From the NCBI GenBank assembly GCA_963666345.1, contig OY762721.1, forward strand, positions 1,824,001 through 1,888,000: a DNA stretch of 64,000 nt, written 5' to 3'. The position numbers and the translations under genes were made by a program. This DNA is from Desulfatiglandales bacterium. GTDB taxonomy: Bacteria; Desulfobacterota; DSM-4660; Desulfatiglandales; Desulfatiglandaceae. Shown here in pieces: positions 43,320 to 52,929 of the stretch (position 1 is its first letter; each line of letters opens with the position of its first letter). The notes under the pieces are model-generated. The model did not search any database. It had not been told where the DNA came from and worked only from the letters and a program-made list of their open reading frames with translations.

Positions 43320-46022
43320 CTACAAAGGGTCCTGAACCTTTTCAATCCTCACAGCGCACACCTTGTACTCGGGGATCTTTGCCGTAGGATCAAGAGCGGC
43401 GTTGGTCAACCTGTTTGCAGCGGCACCGGCGTAATGAAAGGGAATGAATATCGTTCCCTTCACCGCCTTATCGGAGATCATCGCCTTTGCCTCGATCTCG
43501 CCCCTCCTGGATATGACCTTTAGCATGGACCCGTCTTCTATTCCAAGCCCGTCCGCGTCCTCCATGGAAATTTCCACAAAGCACTCAGGCGCCAGTTCAT
43601 TAATACCGTAGGATTTCATCGTCATTGTGCCGGTATGGAACTGGTAAAGGACGCGGCCTGTAGTTAAAAAGACCGGGAACTCCTCATCCGGAGTCTCTGC
43701 AGGGGGGATATAGTCCAAGGCATGAAAAACGCCCAGTCCGCATGTAAACTGATCGATATGAAGGCATGGAGTCCCCGGATGATCCGATCCCGTGCAGGGC
43801 CAGTGTATTCCATCTCCTTCCAGCCGATCATAGTTTATTCCGCAATAGGAGGGTGTAACGGATCCGATCTCGGTCATTATCTGCCAGGCATCTTCATAAT
43901 CCATCGGATAGCCCATTCGGTCTGAGATGCCGGCGGTTATTCTCCAGTCCTCCCACGCCTCACCCGGAGGCTCGACAGCCTTTCTTACCCGCTGGACTTT
44001 TCTCTCAGTATTGACGAAGGTTCCGTCCTTTTCGGCATAAGAGGCGGATGGAAGCACCACATCGGCCATCTTCGCCGTCTCCGTAAGAAAGATATCCTGT
44101 ACCACAAGAAAATCCAGACCTTCAAGACACTTAATTGTATGATTCAGGTCAGGGTCGGAAATCATGGGGTTTTCACCTATGATATATAGCCCCTTGAGCC
44201 TTCCGTCATGGGCTGCCCCCATCATCTCGGTTACTGTCAGGCCCGGCTTGGGCGGCAGGTTTTCGACACCCCACGCACTCTCCATCTTTTCCCTTACCGT
44301 CTTTTCATCCACCCTCTGATAACCGGTGTAGACGTTGGGAAGCGCCCCCATGTCACAGGCACCCTGGACATTGTTCTGACCCCTCAACGGATTCACTCCC
44401 CCGCCCGGGATTCCAACGTTCCCGCACAGCATGGCAAGGTTTGCCAGTGACTTTACATTGTCAGTTCCGGTTATATGCTGGGTAATGCCCATGGCATAAA
44501 GAATCGAAGCGGCGGGCGCACCAGCATAGAGCCTTGCAGCCCTTTCAAGCTTATCGGCAGGGATCCCCGTTATCTTTTCAACATATTCAGGGGTATATTT
44601 TTTAACCTTTTCCCTTAATTCATCCAGACCCACGGTCCTTGAAACGACATAGTCCTCATCGAAAAGGCCTTCTCTGAAAATCATATTCATCATCCCGTTT
44701 ATCCAGGCCACATCAGTACCCAGGTTGGGCCTTAGCCACATATCCGCGAATTTCGTAATAGGGATCTTTCGCGGATCCACCACGATCAGCCTCGCCCCTT
44801 TATGCGTAACCGCCCTCTTCACGTAAGAAGAAAGCACAGGGTGATTCTCCGTGGTATTTGACCCGGTGATGAGTATGACATCCGCCTTTTCAATATCCGC
44901 TATCGGATTTGTCATCGCGCCACTGCCGAACGCCGCGGCCAGACCGGCCACCGTGGAGGAGTGTCAGAGCCTTGCGCAGTGATCTATGTTGTTTGTACCC
45001 AGGACCGCCCTTGTAAATTTCTGGGCCACATAGTTTTCTTCATTTGTCACCCGGGCACTGCTGAGTACCATTAATGAGTCAGGACCGTTTTCATCCTTTA
45101 TCGCATTTAATCTCTCCGCTACAAGATCCAGGGCCTCATCCCAGGAGGCCTCCCGGAATTCACCATTCTCCTTTATAAGAGGCGTCTTGAGCCGGGCGGG
45201 GTCCTGGATAAAGTCATAGCCGAAACGCCCCTTCACACAAAGGCTCCCGTAGTTAGGACCGAAATCCTCAACTCCTGTAATCTTCACTACCCTGTCATCC
45301 TTGACATGCAGATAGATCTGGCACCCGACTCCGCAGTAGGTGCAGGTAGTACGAACCTTTTTCAATTCCCACGGTTTCCCCTTGAACCGGCTCTGCTTTA
45401 CGATCAACGCCCCCACGGGACAGGCCTGGACGCACTCCCCGCAAAAAACGCAGTCGGAATCCATATAAGGTCTGTCTCCGGTGGCAACGATCTTGGAGGC
45501 AGTACCTCTGTATCCGTATGAAATGGCGCGGTTGACCTGGACCTCGTTACATGCCTGGACACAACGACCGCACATGATGCACCTGGAAAAATCCCTGGTG
45601 ATCAGATCGTTTTCCTCCACAGGGTAGCGCTGGGGGCTTTCAGGAAACCTGACTGTTTCCACCTTATATCTGTAAGCCAGATCCTGCAGTTTACAGTCAC
45701 CATCCGCCTCGCAAGTAACGCAGTAGTGATGTCCCGAGGAAAGGAGAAGCTCTATGTAATTTTTCCTTGCCTTTATAACCCTCTCGGTTGCGGTTTTAAC
45801 CACCATGCCGGGGCCTGCCGGAGCGGAACAGGAGGCAACAAGGTTTCTGGCTCCTTCCACCTCAACTACGCATATCCTGCAGGCGCCTGTCGGCTCGGCC
45901 CCTTTCAGATAACAAAGAGTAGGAATATCGATATCATGATTTTGAGCTACCTGAAGGATTGTCTCTCCCGGTGAAAAGGCGCACTCAAGATCATCTATGA
46001 CCATTCTATTTTCAAATCCCAT
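43320..46022 (-). CDS. fdhF: formate dehydrogenase alpha subunit 2, selenocysteine-containing (about 900 aa)
   Basis: Pieces 44964-46022 and 43320-44951 are in frame across TGA 44964-44966, reading DHCARL-U-HSSTVAGL. RGQNNVQG present. Confidence 0.95.
44934..44963 (-). promoter_or_regulatory. bacterial SECIS element of fdh2
   Basis: After UGA: GUGGCC-GGUCU-GGCCGC hairpin, same loop as in fdh1. Confidence 0.8.
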
Positions 46023-46087
46023 ATTTTCTCCTTGAAAAAGATGCCCCCAATAAATGAAAAAGCCTCAGGATATCGGCTCAGTCACCG

Positions 46088-46117
46088 ATTTTCTCAGCTA
46101 TTAAAACTCCCTGTCAA
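46088..46117 (-). promoter_or_regulatory. possible sigma-70 promoter of fdh operon 2
   Basis: TTGACA-N18-GAAAAT with a TG extension, about 65 bp upstream of ATG. Confidence 0.4.
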
Positions 46118-46564
46118 ATATTCTTTTTTATATCCCTAAATCGCCTGATCCGGTTGACAAACAAATTGGTATACAGCCATGTTGATAATTCTATTGCCCA
46201 ATAATAGATCGATAATAAGACCGCTTCCCCTGGTCATTAAAATAAAGATCAATTTATCTTAAACACGTCAATTATTTTAAGCAGTATTTGGGTGATATAA
46301 TGGAGAATGCCTTATGGTAATAAGAGGTTCATTGAGGGCATTGTCTGAGAGAATGAATTAGCTTGCCATAAGGGCGCGCCGAGTATAACAGAAAAGGCAG
46401 GCGTTTTAAAAGAAGTTTTTATTCAAATATGTTCGGAGGTTAAAAACGGATATATCATTCAGAGCAATAGTTTTGTGATAACAGATTGTTACAAAATTTA
46501 AAGCATGTCTCTAAATATTGGCTCCACCTAATAACCCTTATTTTTTTCTTGATTCCGGGGTACG

Positions 46565-47266
46565 TCATTTTACTTGGCCTTTTATATTCTCCAGTGCCTC
46601 TTTGGAAAGTGCGCCTACGGTTGTAGGCCTCATTCGACCTTCCCGATATATCCTTAAAGCCGCTTCATCCCCGATCAATTCAAGAAGCCTCGGTACGGCC
46701 GGCTTTTCCTTGACTATACCGGTGATCCATACGCACAAACCGCGTACGGTACTGTCATCCGATTCAAGATAGTCAAGCATATAAGGCATCGCTTCTTTCA
46801 CCTTCTGAGGTCTGGCCTGAGCGAATCTTCCTATACCCCACAGAAGCCCCCGCTGAAGGGGTCCAAGCTCCAGATAATTTCCATCCTTATGAGCATAGGA
46901 GAAAAGTATATGCTGAAATTCATCTGCCAGACCTTTGTGCCTTGAAAGTATTTCACCCATTGCCTCGGCAGAACCCCAACCTATGCCTCCCGATTCATCG
47001 TTCAAGCTCCACATAAGTCGACGCATAATGACCCGTGCCGATTCCATATCCTTGCAGGCCAGGTCTTTCACCACCAAACCCACGGCCTCAACAGCCCTCC
47101 ACCTGATCTTTTCATCAAGAGAAAAAAGATATGAAAAAAGCGGATTTATCACCTGGCGGGGAGGATACTCCCTTAATTTCTTCATGCCCTGTTTAAAATC
47201 ATCGCAACAGAGCAATTCATATACTTCCGCCTTTAGCCTTCTTCCTCCCTTATCCCTTTCCTTCAC
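46565..47266 (-). CDS. HEAT-repeat protein, DVU0298-like family
   Basis: RRLMWSLNDESGGIGW signature and HEAT-like helices. AAGGAGG RBS before GTG. Confidence 0.8.
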   Translation of the reverse strand: MKERDKGGRRLKAEVYELLCCDDFKQGMKKLREYPPRQVINPLFSYLFSLDEKIRWRAVEAVGLVVKDLACKDMESARVIMRRLMWSLNDESGGIGWGSAEAMGEILSRHKGLADEFQHILFSYAHKDGNYLELGPLQRGLLWGIGRFAQARPQKVKEAMPYMLDYLESDDSTVRGLCVWITGIVKEKPAVPRLLELIGDEAALRIYREGRMRPTTVGALSKEALENIKGQVK

Positions 47267-47369
47267 TTTTGCCTGACCTCCTTGGCTTCCTACACGCTGG
47301 ATTCAAGGTGGATCCTGGTTCTGCAGATCCATCATTAAAGCATGGGCATGGTTATTTGTTATACTTAGG

Positions 47370-47527
47370 TAGTTCCCATCCAGAAATGATCCATTTCTGG
47401 ATGTTGCCTTCAGCTGTCAGCTATCAGCAAGTAGCCAATAAATTGATATCTCAAGTGTTTTACTTACTGCTGAGAGCTGATTGCTGATAGCGTGAGTCCA
47501 TAAATCTTGATTTATGGATGAGCACTA
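47370..47527. repeat. 158-bp MITE/RIP-like element, copy 1
   Basis: TAG...CTA ends, imperfect 18-bp terminal inverted repeats and three internal hairpins. Near-identical to 61673-61830. Confidence 0.85.
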
Positions 47528-47612
47528 GGTAATGTTTACAAAAGCCCGGGGATGCGGTCACTTCTCCGTAAGACATAGATAAGGCCGGATGAAAAAGTGC
47601 CGGCGCCGCAGC
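47528..47612 (+). repeat. long-hairpin repeat, partial copy A (right half)
   Basis: AAAAGCCCGGGGATGCGGTCACTTCTCCGTAA core shared with the 51.7, 55.6 and 55.9 kb copies. Confidence 0.85.
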
Positions 47613-47635
47613 TCAGACACCCTTTTAAGGGCACT

Positions 47636-48994
47636 TTATTTACAGCTGGTTCCGGTTTTACTGAAACCGTACAGTGATGAAAGCCTGCGGGGAGAAACAC
47701 CCATAATAATCCCCAGTTCTATGACCTTATTTATCAGGGTGGTTTTACACAGCCCCACCGACCGCCACCTCCTTGCAGATGTGACGGCGCATGCAGGCAG
47801 TGTCCTGATCTTTCCCTTCTTCCTTAAAAAACTTACAAATTTCAGATCCTCTGCAATGGCAATTTCAGGGAACCCTCCATATCTTTCGAAATGCGTTTTT
47901 TTCAAAAAAAGGGCCTGATCACCATAGGGAAACCCCATATAGCGTGAGCGGATGTAGGCACACATTTCAATGAACCGCATGAACGGATGGTCGAGATCCG
48001 TTTTAAAACGAAATGCACCCAGAACCGTGTTGGAATCGACAAGGGCGTCAAATATCATCTTTTTGAATCCGGCCGGAAGAAGAGTGTCCGCGTGAAGGAA
48101 CACAAGGATCTTACCCCCGGCAACTGACGCCCCTGAATTCATCTGAGCACCCCTGCACCTTGCTCCCTTTAAAACTACGGCACCCGCTTTTTCCGCAATC
48201 GCCGCTGTATTGTCACCGCTGCCGCCGTCAACGACTATAATCTCCACTTCATCGTCTCTTATATCCTCAATCAGAGGTCCGATGTTTTCCTCCTCATTCA
48301 GCACAGGGATGATAACTGAAAAAAACGGCCTTTTTGCCGCCTCTTCGGGCCAGGATGCTTCAAGGTCCCTGAATCTGTCTATGTCAATCAATCTGTCCGC
48401 GAATGTAACGGTCAGCCCCGATTTTTCCGCACAACGGACAGTATCATTCAAGACCTTATCAGTCCCCCAGCCTATATCCTTGAAAAGGCATTCCTCTTTT
48501 TTCATGCCTATGAGCCAGTACCCCCCGTCCATACTCGGGCCGATTACCACATCACTTTCTTCAAGGGCGGAAAATGAATCAAGGAGATGTCTGAAATTGA
48601 GGCCCGGGATATCGGCGCCTAAAAGGACCACCTTTCTGCATCCGGCCCTAAAGGCCCCGGCAAAGGCATGGGCCATGCGTTCACCCAGATCGACTCCGAC
48701 CTGGCGGGAATAGATCGTGCCCTTCCCAAGCCATCCGCGCATATCTTCCCTAAAGCCTCCTTCATAGCCCACCTCAACGGCAATACCTCCTCTTTCTGCC
48801 GCCATTGCGACCGTTGCCAGGGTCTTTCGCGTCATGCGGCACTGAAGACAGGCCGCGCCATAAGCCCCGATATCAGGTATAAGGCGCGTTTTTGTCTTTC
48901 CCGGGACGGGGTAACGGGTGAACACTATTATCCTGTCTTCAAGATGACTCGGATCTTCAGGCACCGGGAAACACCTCCCTATAAATGACGACAA
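47636..48994 (-). CDS. fused TIGR04282-like (DUF2064) and TIGR04283-like (GT2) glycosyltransferase
   Basis: N-half FTRYPVPGKTKTRL, GADIP, GPSMDGGYWLIG and DID. C-half SVIIPVLNEE, VDGGS, FLHADT, YGDQALF and TSARRW. Confidence 0.88.
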   Translation of the reverse strand: MSSFIGRCFPVPEDPSHLEDRIIVFTRYPVPGKTKTRLIPDIGAYGAACLQCRMTRKTLATVAMAAERGGIAVEVGYEGGFREDMRGWLGKGTIYSRQVGVDLGERMAHAFAGAFRAGCRKVVLLGADIPGLNFRHLLDSFSALEESDVVIGPSMDGGYWLIGMKKEECLFKDIGWGTDKVLNDTVRCAEKSGLTVTFADRLIDIDRFRDLEASWPEEAAKRPFFSVIIPVLNEEENIGPLIEDIRDDEVEIIVVDGGSGDNTAAIAEKAGAVVLKGARCRGAQMNSGASVAGGKILVFLHADTLLPAGFKKMIFDALVDSNTVLGAFRFKTDLDHPFMRFIEMCAYIRSRYMGFPYGDQALFLKKTHFERYGGFPEIAIAEDLKFVSFLRKKGKIRTLPACAVTSARRWRSVGLCKTTLINKVIELGIIMGVSPRRLSSLYGFSKTGTSCK

Positions 48995-49048
48995 AAAATA
49001 TTCGGTTTATTTATATAAGCTTTTATTTATATTGTTAAAAACAAAATA

Positions 49049-49078
49049 TTGACATTTCATCAGCAAAGACTTTATTAT
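49049..49078 (+). promoter_or_regulatory. possible sigma-70 promoter
   Basis: TTGACA-N18-TATTAT in the AT-rich divergent intergenic region. Confidence 0.4.
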
Positions 49079-49397
49079 ACTTCAAGTTTATCACTTTTTA
49101 TCCATATCATGACTGTCTTTGAAAGGACACAGACTCGTAGCATATTATATTCGGGTTATTCTTTGTCATGAGTTCATCTCTTTCCCTGGAATATGCCAGC
49201 CCTGCATGGTGCGATAATTCGCAGATTACCGCTATCCCTGACCAAAATCAAACCTCGATTATAAGGCGCCTGATTTCGGATTCCATGATTATTAAATCAT
49301 CAAAAGGGTCTTCCTTATTTGAAGTCATCTTAAGCGGAAGATCGTCTGTCTCACAGCACCCTTAACAGGTGAACTATGTTAAAGGTATGACTTGTTC

Positions 49398-49691
49398 ATG
49401 GCAATAAAGATCACAAGGGCGGCAAAAAAATACATTGATGAAAAACAAATAAGAACGGTGGTTCTTACCTTTGTGGAGCTGGAGGCAGGGTGCATGGTAG
49501 GGGTGGCAAAGGATATAGACGTCTCTTTTGACCCTCCTGGAAATGAAGAACCCTACCTCAAGAGTAATGTCGAGGGGATAGACATCTATGTTGATAAAAG
49601 GCTCTCTCCTGCAGAAGAGGTGACAATCAGAAAACAGGGATTCTGGAGATTTTCATCCCTTTATGCCGACGGACTCAGGGTGCCCATATAA
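49398..49691 (+). CDS. small HesB-like fold protein (resembles the CC/Se-motif family)
   Basis: IKITRAAKKYI...AGC...VEGIDIYVD pattern. Lies upstream of cstA. Confidence 0.6.
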   Translation: MAIKITRAAKKYIDEKQIRTVVLTFVELEAGCMVGVAKDIDVSFDPPGNEEPYLKSNVEGIDIYVDKRLSPAEEVTIRKQGFWRFSSLYADGLRVPI

Positions 49692-49837
49692 GATGGCGGA
49701 TTAACGTGGTTACATGCCAGGCCCGGGGCGGAACCACTTCGGGGTTATCCCCGATTTTATCAAAGGGGTTTACCGTAATTCAATATTAACAACCTGTTCA
49801 GTGGCAATGCCGCTCAGATAAAGGGAAGGAGGGAGAT

Positions 49838-51553
49838 ATGAATTCATTGGTTTTGGGTTTAATAATGATGATAGGCTTCATAATCGCCTATCATACATAC
49901 GGCAAATTTTTAGGCCGTAAAATTTTTAAACTTGCAGCGGACAATGTATGTCCTTCTCATGAACTAAGGGATGATCTTGATTTTGTCCCCACCAACAAGC
50001 ATATTTTGTTCGGTCATCACTTCACCTCGATCGCGGGTCTGGGACCGATTGTGGGCCCTGCCATAGCCATCATCTGGGGATGGGTGCCGGCGGTTCTGTG
50101 GGTGTTCTTCGGATCGATATTTTTCGGAGCGGTCCATGACTTCGGTGCCCTTATCGTTTCTCTCAGGCACCAGGGAAGATCCATCGGGGATCTCTCCGCA
50201 GACCTCATCAACAATCGGGTAAGAACCCTTTTCCTGCTTATAATATTTTTTCTTCTCCTTATAGTAATCGCCGTTTTCGCCCTTATAATAGCCATCCTTT
50301 TCAACATGTATCCCCAGGCCGTCATCCCTGTATGGTTCGAGATACCCATAGCCCTCTGGCTGGGGAACCAGGTCTATAAAAAGGGCGGCGACCATGTAAA
50401 GCTGGGTATTGTGGCTGTTGTTATCATGTATATTACGGTTGTAATAGGCGCATACGTACCGATCGACCTTAAGGCGGTCATGGGAGCTAAGGGGTCACTG
50501 GTCTTCTGGATGATAGTGCTTTTTGTCTACTCCTATATCGCATCCACGCTTCCGGTGCAGACGCTGCTGCAGCCAAGGGACTACATCAACAGCCATCAGC
50601 TTTTCGTGGCCTTTGCCCTGCTTATCCTGGGGGTCTTCGTGTCTCATCCTGCCATAATCGCACCCGCGTTTGATGCGTCTCCAAAGGGGGCTCCGCCTGT
50701 CTGGCCGTTTCTTTTCGTGGTAATAGCCTGCGGCGCCATATCCGGTTTTCACTCCCTTGTAAGCTCCGGGACTTCATCAAAGCAGTGCTACTCGGAAAGC
50801 GACGCCCGCTATGTGGGTTACGGTTCAATGCTGATGGAAGGCACCCTTTCCACACTGGTTATAGTAGCGGTTGCCGGAGGAATAGGGCTCGGCCTTGCCA
50901 CCAAGGGGGGGGAAGTTCTGACAGGTACTGCGGCATTCACACACCACTACGCATCCTGGGCGGCGGCAGCCGGACTGGGTGCAAAGATAGGCGCATTTGT
51001 AAAGGGATCCGCCAACATGATCCAGGCTTACGGGGTGCCTGCAAAGATAACAATCACGATCATGGGAGTCTTCATAGTCTCCTTTGCGGCCACAACCCTT
51101 GATACGGCAACCAGGCTCCAGCGCTACGTAATCGCTGAGCTGGCAACCGCCTACAAGATGCCCAAGCTTGCCGAGCGTCACCCGGCCACACTTATCGCGG
51201 TGATTACCGCCTTTATCCTGGCATTCTACAACGGCTCAGGGAGCGGTGCCCTTACACTCTGGCCCCTTTTCGGCACCTGCAACCAGCTCCTGGGTGCTCT
51301 CGCCCTGCTGGTTATAACGGTCTATCTTGCCAAGAAAAAGGTCCCGACCTTCTATACCCTCATCCCGATGATCTTCATGGTCATAATGACGGGCTGGGCA
51401 ATGATACTCAACCTCAAGAATTATGTGGCAACCGCAAACTGGCTCCTCTTCATAATCGGACTCATTGTTTTCATCCTTGAGATCTGGATGATAATCGAGT
51501 CCTATCTCTTCCTGAAGAAGGGGACCGGAATGGAGGCGGCGCAGGCTACGTAG
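49838..51553 (+). CDS. cstA: carbon starvation protein A family transporter
   Basis: GHHFTSIAGLGPIVGP, LLQPRDYIN, IACGAISGFHSL, TTLDTATR and LWPLFG..NQLL. Confidence 0.94.
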   Translation: MNSLVLGLIMMIGFIIAYHTYGKFLGRKIFKLAADNVCPSHELRDDLDFVPTNKHILFGHHFTSIAGLGPIVGPAIAIIWGWVPAVLWVFFGSIFFGAVHDFGALIVSLRHQGRSIGDLSADLINNRVRTLFLLIIFFLLLIVIAVFALIIAILFNMYPQAVIPVWFEIPIALWLGNQVYKKGGDHVKLGIVAVVIMYITVVIGAYVPIDLKAVMGAKGSLVFWMIVLFVYSYIASTLPVQTLLQPRDYINSHQLFVAFALLILGVFVSHPAIIAPAFDASPKGAPPVWPFLFVVIACGAISGFHSLVSSGTSSKQCYSESDARYVGYGSMLMEGTLSTLVIVAVAGGIGLGLATKGGEVLTGTAAFTHHYASWAAAAGLGAKIGAFVKGSANMIQAYGVPAKITITIMGVFIVSFAATTLDTATRLQRYVIAELATAYKMPKLAERHPATLIAVITAFILAFYNGSGSGALTLWPLFGTCNQLLGALALLVITVYLAKKKVPTFYTLIPMIFMVIMTGWAMILNLKNYVATANWLLFIIGLIVFILEIWMIIESYLFLKKGTGMEAAQAT

Positions 51554-51569
51554 ACATTAAACATAAACC

Positions 51570-51607
51570 AACAGAAAAGCCCGGTAACATTACCGGGCTT
51601 TTCTGTT
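51570..51607 (+). terminator. Rho-independent terminator of cstA
   Basis: AACAGAAAAGCCCGGTAA-CA-TTACCGGGCTTTTCTGTT perfect inverted repeat. Confidence 0.88.
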
Positions 51608-51669
51608 TCAGAAACAAAAAAAGACTCACCTGCCCATTTCCTCGTATCTCTTTTTGCTAAAGAACAATT

Positions 51670-51864
51670 GGAGGAGCGGGGGCTCTTTTTGGAGGCCTTA
51701 TCTCACAAAAAAATGCCACAGGAAGATGCAATGGCCGCAGACAGGGCTTTCCTCCCGGGAGCCCTATCAGTTAAGACAACACTTACAAAAGCCCGGGGAT
51801 GCGGTCACTTCTCCGTAAGGAATAGAATAGAGAAGGCCGGAGAAAGAGTGCCTGCGCCGGAGCG
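51670..51864 (+). repeat. long-hairpin repeat, copy B
   Basis: Aligns over about 195 bp with 55596-55797 and 55902-56103. Confidence 0.88.
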
Positions 51865-52053
51865 GATGGTCTAAATACACGCGATAAGCGAGAGAAAAAA
51901 CAAAATTCGGGCAGCGTTATTTGTTATCGGTTATAAGGAACATCCACTTGAACCCCCGGCACCTTGAATCCTTGGATCCTCATATATAGTTAGACAACAG
52001 CAAAATATACTCACATATTATCAGCAAACAACAATTTGCCTGACGTGCAGCCT

Positions 52054-52929
52054 TTACTCCAATATCTCATAACTGCTTGATGTTACAGGCGCCCTCAGAT
52101 TTGAAAGCACCCTTTCAAGGAGTACCCCTTCTCTTGCAGGATAGCGGTATCCGAAGGTGGCCCTTATTGCCATGGATATGAACTGGACCGCCCTGTCAAG
52201 CGCTATAGGGAGGCTGTCCCCCTGAAGAAGACTTCCCACGATCACGCTTGCGAAGACGTCCCCGGTACCCGGATAGTAGGCGGGGATATAATTACAGTCA
52301 ACCTTCCAGAATCTGCCGTCATCCCTGTCATATGCCACCACCGAGGAAACCTTTTTTTTGCTCGGCACAGGCACACTTGAAAGGATTACCATCCTGGGTC
52401 CTTCCTCTGAAAGACGGACAGCCCAATCCTTTACCTCACTTTCCTCAATGCTCGATTTAAAGGACTCATCCAGCAAAAAGGCCGCTTCAGTAAAATTAGG
52501 AGTTATCACATCGGCCGTCGCGACAAGCCTTTTCATCTGGGCTATCATCTCAGGCCCCATTGTGGAATAGGGCTTTCCGTCATCGCCCATAACCGGATCG
52601 ACTATCACGAGCTGTTCTTTGTGGGAAAAAAATCTTATAAACTCAGACACAATGTCGACCTGTCTGGGGGAGCCCAGAAACCCGCTGTAAACGGCATCAA
52701 AATGAATATCAAGACTCTTCCAGTGTTCGATAAATCCCTCCATTTCCCCTGTAAGATCGACGAACCTGTAATCCTTGAACCCCCCTGTATTGGTGGAAAG
52801 CACCGCCGTAGGAAGGGGGCAGGCCTGAACACCCATGGTTGAAAGTATGGGTATTACAACATTAAGGGATGTCCTTCCGAAACCTGACAGATCATGTATG
52901 GCCGCAACCCGCGGCACGGGATTATTCAT
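52054..52929 (-). CDS. pdxK: pyridoxal/pyridoxamine kinase
   Basis: HDLSGFGRTSL, YSGFLGS, VDPVMGD, ITPN and GTGDVF motifs. Confidence 0.88.
   Translation of the reverse strand: MNNPVPRVAAIHDLSGFGRTSLNVVIPILSTMGVQACPLPTAVLSTNTGGFKDYRFVDLTGEMEGFIEHWKSLDIHFDAVYSGFLGSPRQVDIVSEFIRFFSHKEQLVIVDPVMGDDGKPYSTMGPEMIAQMKRLVATADVITPNFTEAAFLLDESFKSSIEESEVKDWAVRLSEEGPRMVILSSVPVPSKKKVSSVVAYDRDDGRFWKVDCNYIPAYYPGTGDVFASVIVGSLLQGDSLPIALDRAVQFISMAIRATFGYRYPAREGVLLERVLSNLRAPVTSSSYEILE

Noticed and set aside
30371..46022. Both fdh genes as pseudogenes or two-gene splits
   Set aside because: The stop is an in-frame TGA at the Sec ligand position with a SECIS in both genes.
46471..46496. Rex operator upstream of fdh2
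   Set aside because: TTGTGA...TTACAA spans 22 bp rather than the 18-bp TTGTGAA-N4-TTCACAA. Kept only as an unassigned palindrome.
47267..47335. Possible Sec-containing N-terminal extension of the HEAT protein (in-frame TGA at 47303-47305)
   Set aside because: No redox motif or SECIS-like hairpin is seen, and a good AAGGAGG RBS precedes the GTG at 47266.
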